19,626 nt of DNA from Candidatus Fraserbacteria bacterium (lineage in GTDB: Bacteria; Bipolaricaulota; Bipolaricaulia; RBG-16-55-9; JANLFV01): contig JBBIJD010000006.1 in NCBI GenBank assembly GCA_037446135.1, forward strand, positions 25,977-45,602. The letters are read 5' to 3'. This document shows positions 16,400 to 19,626 of this stretch, one piece after another. The position numbers were made by a program, and so were the translations under genes. How positions within the stretch are numbered: position 1 is the first letter of the stretch; each line of letters begins with the position of its first letter. The notes under the pieces were generated by a model. The model was given only the letters and a program-made list of their open reading frames with translations. It made no database searches and had not been told where the DNA came from.

Positions 16400-17752
16400 C
16401 TAGTTCGGGCTCCATTCGTTCCTCAGGAAGGCTGGGATCCCCGCGGCATCCTCCGAGCCGACGATCACCTCCCAGCCGGTCTCCTCCTGGATCTCCATCT
16501 TCAGGACCGCCACCAGCCCGGGGATGATCAGCTTCTTGTGCCTTACCTTTTCCATCGCCCCATAATCCTTGACCGCTTTGATGATCCTCTCCGCGGTGAA
16601 CTTGTCGTCGGCGTAGGCATTGAGGACCCCCAGCCCCTCAGTATTCACGACCACGATGTAGGCCGGGATCTTGCTATTCTCCACCTCCCCCTCAACGGTG
16701 AAGTAGGTGAGGGCGAAGTTGGTGGTGACCAGGACTGGGCTCTCTGGGGTCGGCGAGCCCACCTCGTAGAGTTTGGCCTCGATAGCATTGGGGACCTGCG
16801 GGTCAGTGTAGATGTTCTGACGGACGGTCAGCAAGGGGAGGAGTTGCCAGCTCTCCAGGCCGTTCAGCACCACGATGTTCCCATACTTGCAGATGTAGGC
16901 CGTCGCCTCGGCCGCCTCCTCCGCCGGGGAGTTGCTCCTTGCAAAGACGAGGGTGGGATAGCCCAAGGGGCGAAAGGTCTTCTCCAGCGCTAACCGCCGG
17001 ATGAGGATTAGCTTGGTCAGGTTGTCTAGGAGCCCCTCTCCCCCGGGATCGAGGACCAAGTCCTCGACCCCCTTCCCTTTTACCCGCTCGACGAGCTCAG
17101 CGAGCCCCTCCAGCGTCGGGGCTTGGACCGCCAGCGGGACTTTATATCTGGCTGCCAGCGCGCCCATCTCCTCCCAATTCTCGGGAGTGGCGGCCCAAAC
17201 CAGTGGCCGGCCTGCCGCGGCCGACTCGAGCGCCGGTGCGAGGGCCTGTGGCTCAGGGCAGAGGAGGAGCAGCGGGAGCTTCGTCTTCCCTTTGACTTTC
17301 TCGACCACATCGGCATAGCGGCTCCCATCGCTAGCCCCAGCGCGATGCTCGATCGCCACCAGATCCACCCCGATCTCCTGGCCCACGCGGATGAACCTCA
17401 GCTTATTGATCTTCTCCACCCGCTCAGCCAGCTCCGGCTCATCTAGGTCGTCGGGGACCCTGATGGCAAACCCGGTCGGATGATGGAACTTCTCATCGTG
17501 GCGGAAGAGGACCGTCTCCCCTCCGATCGTAAGCTCATGCTCGCCTGTGCCGATCCGGACGGTCCGCATCGGTGGGGCTTGGGCCTCACCTAAGGCGGCC
17601 TTAGCCTCAGCGGAGACATGCGGGCATTGCTCCAGGGCCACCTTCTTCGCCGCCACTTGCATGGCGAAGGCCATGCAAGTCGGGAAATGGCAATCCCCGC
17701 AGTTGGTCTTCGGTAGGAGCTTATATATGTCGATCCCGGTCAGCTTCTTCAC
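16400..17752 (-). CDS. acsC: Corrinoid iron-sulfur protein large subunit (gamma)
   Basis: LPKTNCGDCHFPTCMAFA...CPH 4Fe-4S motif, GGETVLFRH, LGYP, RQNIYTDPQ, TTNFALTYF, LIIPG; GTG start with RBS. Confidence 0.95.
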   Translation of the reverse strand: MKKLTGIDIYKLLPKTNCGDCHFPTCMAFAMQVAAKKVALEQCPHVSAEAKAALGEAQAPPMRTVRIGTGEHELTIGGETVLFRHDEKFHHPTGFAIRVPDDLDEPELAERVEKINKLRFIRVGQEIGVDLVAIEHRAGASDGSRYADVVEKVKGKTKLPLLLLCPEPQALAPALESAAAGRPLVWAATPENWEEMGALAARYKVPLAVQAPTLEGLAELVERVKGKGVEDLVLDPGGEGLLDNLTKLILIRRLALEKTFRPLGYPTLVFARSNSPAEEAAEATAYICKYGNIVVLNGLESWQLLPLLTVRQNIYTDPQVPNAIEAKLYEVGSPTPESPVLVTTNFALTYFTVEGEVENSKIPAYIVVVNTEGLGVLNAYADDKFTAERIIKAVKDYGAMEKVRHKKLIIPGLVAVLKMEIQEETGWEVIVGSEDAAGIPAFLRNEWSPN

Positions 17753-17770
17753 GGCACTCCCTCCTACTGG

Positions 17771-19626
17771 TTAGATGATCGGCTCCATCTCCAGGGCCGG
17801 ATGGCCTACCCTCTGGAGGAAGGCCAGGAGCTCCTCGGTGGTCGTGGCCTCCTCTTCAGTGGCGATCTTATCGATCAATTCCGGCTCACCGATCTCCTGA
17901 AGCCTCTTCTCTAGCCGCTCTTTGATCTCCTCCTTCAGCTCTTTTGGCATCCAGACGACCCTCTTGATTCCTCCCTCAGCGGAGATGAACTTCTCACTGG
18001 TGATGTAGAGCTTCCCGATCCCGAGGAATCCGGGGGTCTGGACCCCTCCGCCGATCTCCCCGGCCATGGTGGAGAAGGTCATCCCGATCGGGGTCATCCC
18101 CATGTATTCCCGATTGACGAGCATCACTCCATTCGTCTCTGGGAGGACTGCAGCGATCACCTCGAAGCAGCCGCAGTTCTTGATCAAGATATTATTGGCG
18201 AAGTAGCAATGGATGTCGGCCAGGGTTGTGTTATAGACATACTTATAGTGAGCTCTTTCTTTATTGGGCAGAATCTCCACGGCGGTCACGGTATCCAGGA
18301 AGAAATCTGTCTCCAGCGCCGCTCGTAGAGGCTCAGCCTCAGGATCAGGAGCGACCTCCAAGACCTTCTGCACATTGGCCGTGACGGGCCGCGAGCGCCC
18401 TGACTTGTAGTAGTAAAGTGTGCTAGGGCTGAGGATCTCGCGACTAGCAGGTAGCTGGGCCAAGGCCCGGCCCACCCAGTGCGGCAACACTTCCTCTTGG
18501 GTCTTGTCGAGCCTGCCGTTATTGGGCATCTGACGGATCGTGGCCAACGCCGCTTGCTTTTCTGGATGCTTGGCAGGGATAACCTCCGCAAAGAGGCGCA
18601 AATTCGCCCCATGGATCATGATCTTCCAGACCGATCCGGATTTGCTCAAGTTTCCCACGATGCTCAACCGTCTCAAGAGGAGTTGTAGATGGCGTGCAGC
18701 CATCTCATCTGAGATACAGATGTAGCCTTCAGCAGTATCCCACTTCCCTGCATACCGGCGTAAACGGACGCTACCATCGCCGTCGAAGACCCCGGCCAAG
18801 AAGGCCGCGATGTGAGCCTCCGGTAGGCTCACCATCCGTCCGAGTTCCCAGCGCCCCCGGCCGACACGGATGCCGAATCGCTCCGCCAGCAGTCCTAACA
18901 CCGAGTTATTCCCGGAGAGATGGTAGCATAGTTTGGTGGGTTTGATCGTCCGTCCTCTTAGGGTCGAGGGCTTGCCTGACCTGACTTTCTTGGCCAAATG
19001 ATAGTCCGGGAAGAGCCGCTTGTAGATCTCCATAAACTGTTGAACCAGCTCCTCATCGGTGTTGACGAAGCTGATGATCCGCTCATAGCGCCCGCGCGGG
19101 GTGATGCAGCCGTCGCTAGCAATCAAGCCCAAAAGATAGAAGATCTCCGGATCCAAGGAGCTTAGAAGAGGCTTTCGAGAGCGGAAGTCCTCGGGCAAAA
19201 GATCGCGGATGGCAGGAAGCTGCCCAGGCAGGCGCAAGTGTTTGAGCGCAATCAAGCGCTCACCCACCTGGATTTGATCCGCTCGGACCCACTGCATCCC
19301 GTCTAGCCGATCCACTGCCAACTCATGGTCTTTGGTCAGAATCAGCTGAGCCCCGGACTTGGTCTCCAATCGAATGAGCTCATCGGGGGCCTCGAACCGC
19401 TGCAGGGCCACTACTGGCTCTAGGTGTGCCTTGCCCTGGCGGAGTGTCAAGGCCCTCGAATTTCGATATTGCTCGCCGCCTCGATGCTTCTCGATGAATT
19501 CCCCGATAGGTGTGGGGATTCCCTCGATAATCAGCTCTGTATCGCCGACCACGCAGCTCGTCTGGGGATCGGTCATGATGGAATACATGCTCACCTTCTC
19601 CAGGTTCCCGTTGGAGGCTACACGGA
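17771..19626 (-). CDS. acsB: Acetyl-CoA synthase (ACS, A-cluster subunit), 3' part, intein-containing; 5' end outside the window
   Basis: Frame open to the window edge; exteins read SMYSIMTDPQTS|CGCFEVIAAVLPETNGVMLVNREY.GMTP.GMTFSTMAG..GGGVQTPGF.G, ISAEGG..RVVWMPKELK, HPALEM. Confidence 0.95.
   Translation of the reverse strand, partial: RVASNGNLEKVSMYSIMTDPQTSCVVGDTELIIEGIPTPIGEFIEKHRGGEQYRNSRALTLRQGKAHLEPVVALQRFEAPDELIRLETKSGAQLILTKDHELAVDRLDGMQWVRADQIQVGERLIALKHLRLPGQLPAIRDLLPEDFRSRKPLLSSLDPEIFYLLGLIASDGCITPRGRYERIISFVNTDEELVQQFMEIYKRLFPDYHLAKKVRSGKPSTLRGRTIKPTKLCYHLSGNNSVLGLLAERFGIRVGRGRWELGRMVSLPEAHIAAFLAGVFDGDGSVRLRRYAGKWDTAEGYICISDEMAARHLQLLLRRLSIVGNLSKSGSVWKIMIHGANLRLFAEVIPAKHPEKQAALATIRQMPNNGRLDKTQEEVLPHWVGRALAQLPASREILSPSTLYYYKSGRSRPVTANVQKVLEVAPDPEAEPLRAALETDFFLDTVTAVEILPNKERAHYKYVYNTTLADIHCYFANNILIKNCGCFEVIAAVLPETNGVMLVNREYMGMTPIGMTFSTMAGEIGGGVQTPGFLGIGKLYITSEKFISAEGGIKRVVWMPKELKEEIKERLEKRLQEIGEPELIDKIATEEEATTTEELLAFLQRVGHPALEMEPII
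18176..19555 (-). mobile_element. Intein (460 aa) with LAGLIDADG homing endonuclease, in frame within acsB
   Basis: Block A CVVGDTELI, block B LTKDHEL, endonuclease motifs YLLGLIASDG and FLAGVFDGDG, block F VYNTT..HCYFANN, terminal KN followed by Cys+1; removal restores PQTSCGCFE. Confidence 0.95.

Noticed and set aside
17771..19594. Stand-alone 607-aa protein starting at GTG 19594
   Set aside because: The frame stays open to the window edge (RVASNGNLEKV...); it is the C-terminal part of acsB.
1..19626. CRISPR array, tRNA/rRNA, IS elements, selenocysteine read-through
   Set aside because: No spaced repeats, cloverleafs or transposase motifs seen; TGA stops fall at expected protein ends and often overlap the next start codon.

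Overview
High-GC, densely coding bacterial window dominated by Wood-Ljungdahl (reductive acetyl-CoA) pathway genes. Left, + strand: two stand-alone receiver proteins, metV-metF, a Cache/HAMP sensor histidine kinase and a third receiver. Then folD (-), divergent from a short MesB-like folate-independent methionine synthase, a secreted tandem molybdopterin-oxidoreductase-fold protein, an ECF S-component-like membrane protein and a DUF2851 protein (+). Right, - strand, a tightly coupled operon: acsB (5' part outside the window)-acsC-acsV-cooC/acsF-acsD-acsE-cooS-small ORF-cooT. The most striking feature is a 460-aa LAGLIDADG intein inserted in acetyl-CoA synthase immediately before the first Cys of the Ni-binding Cys-Gly-Cys motif of the A-cluster. 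No rRNA, tRNA, CRISPR or transposase was seen. All calls come from motif recognition, not database searches.
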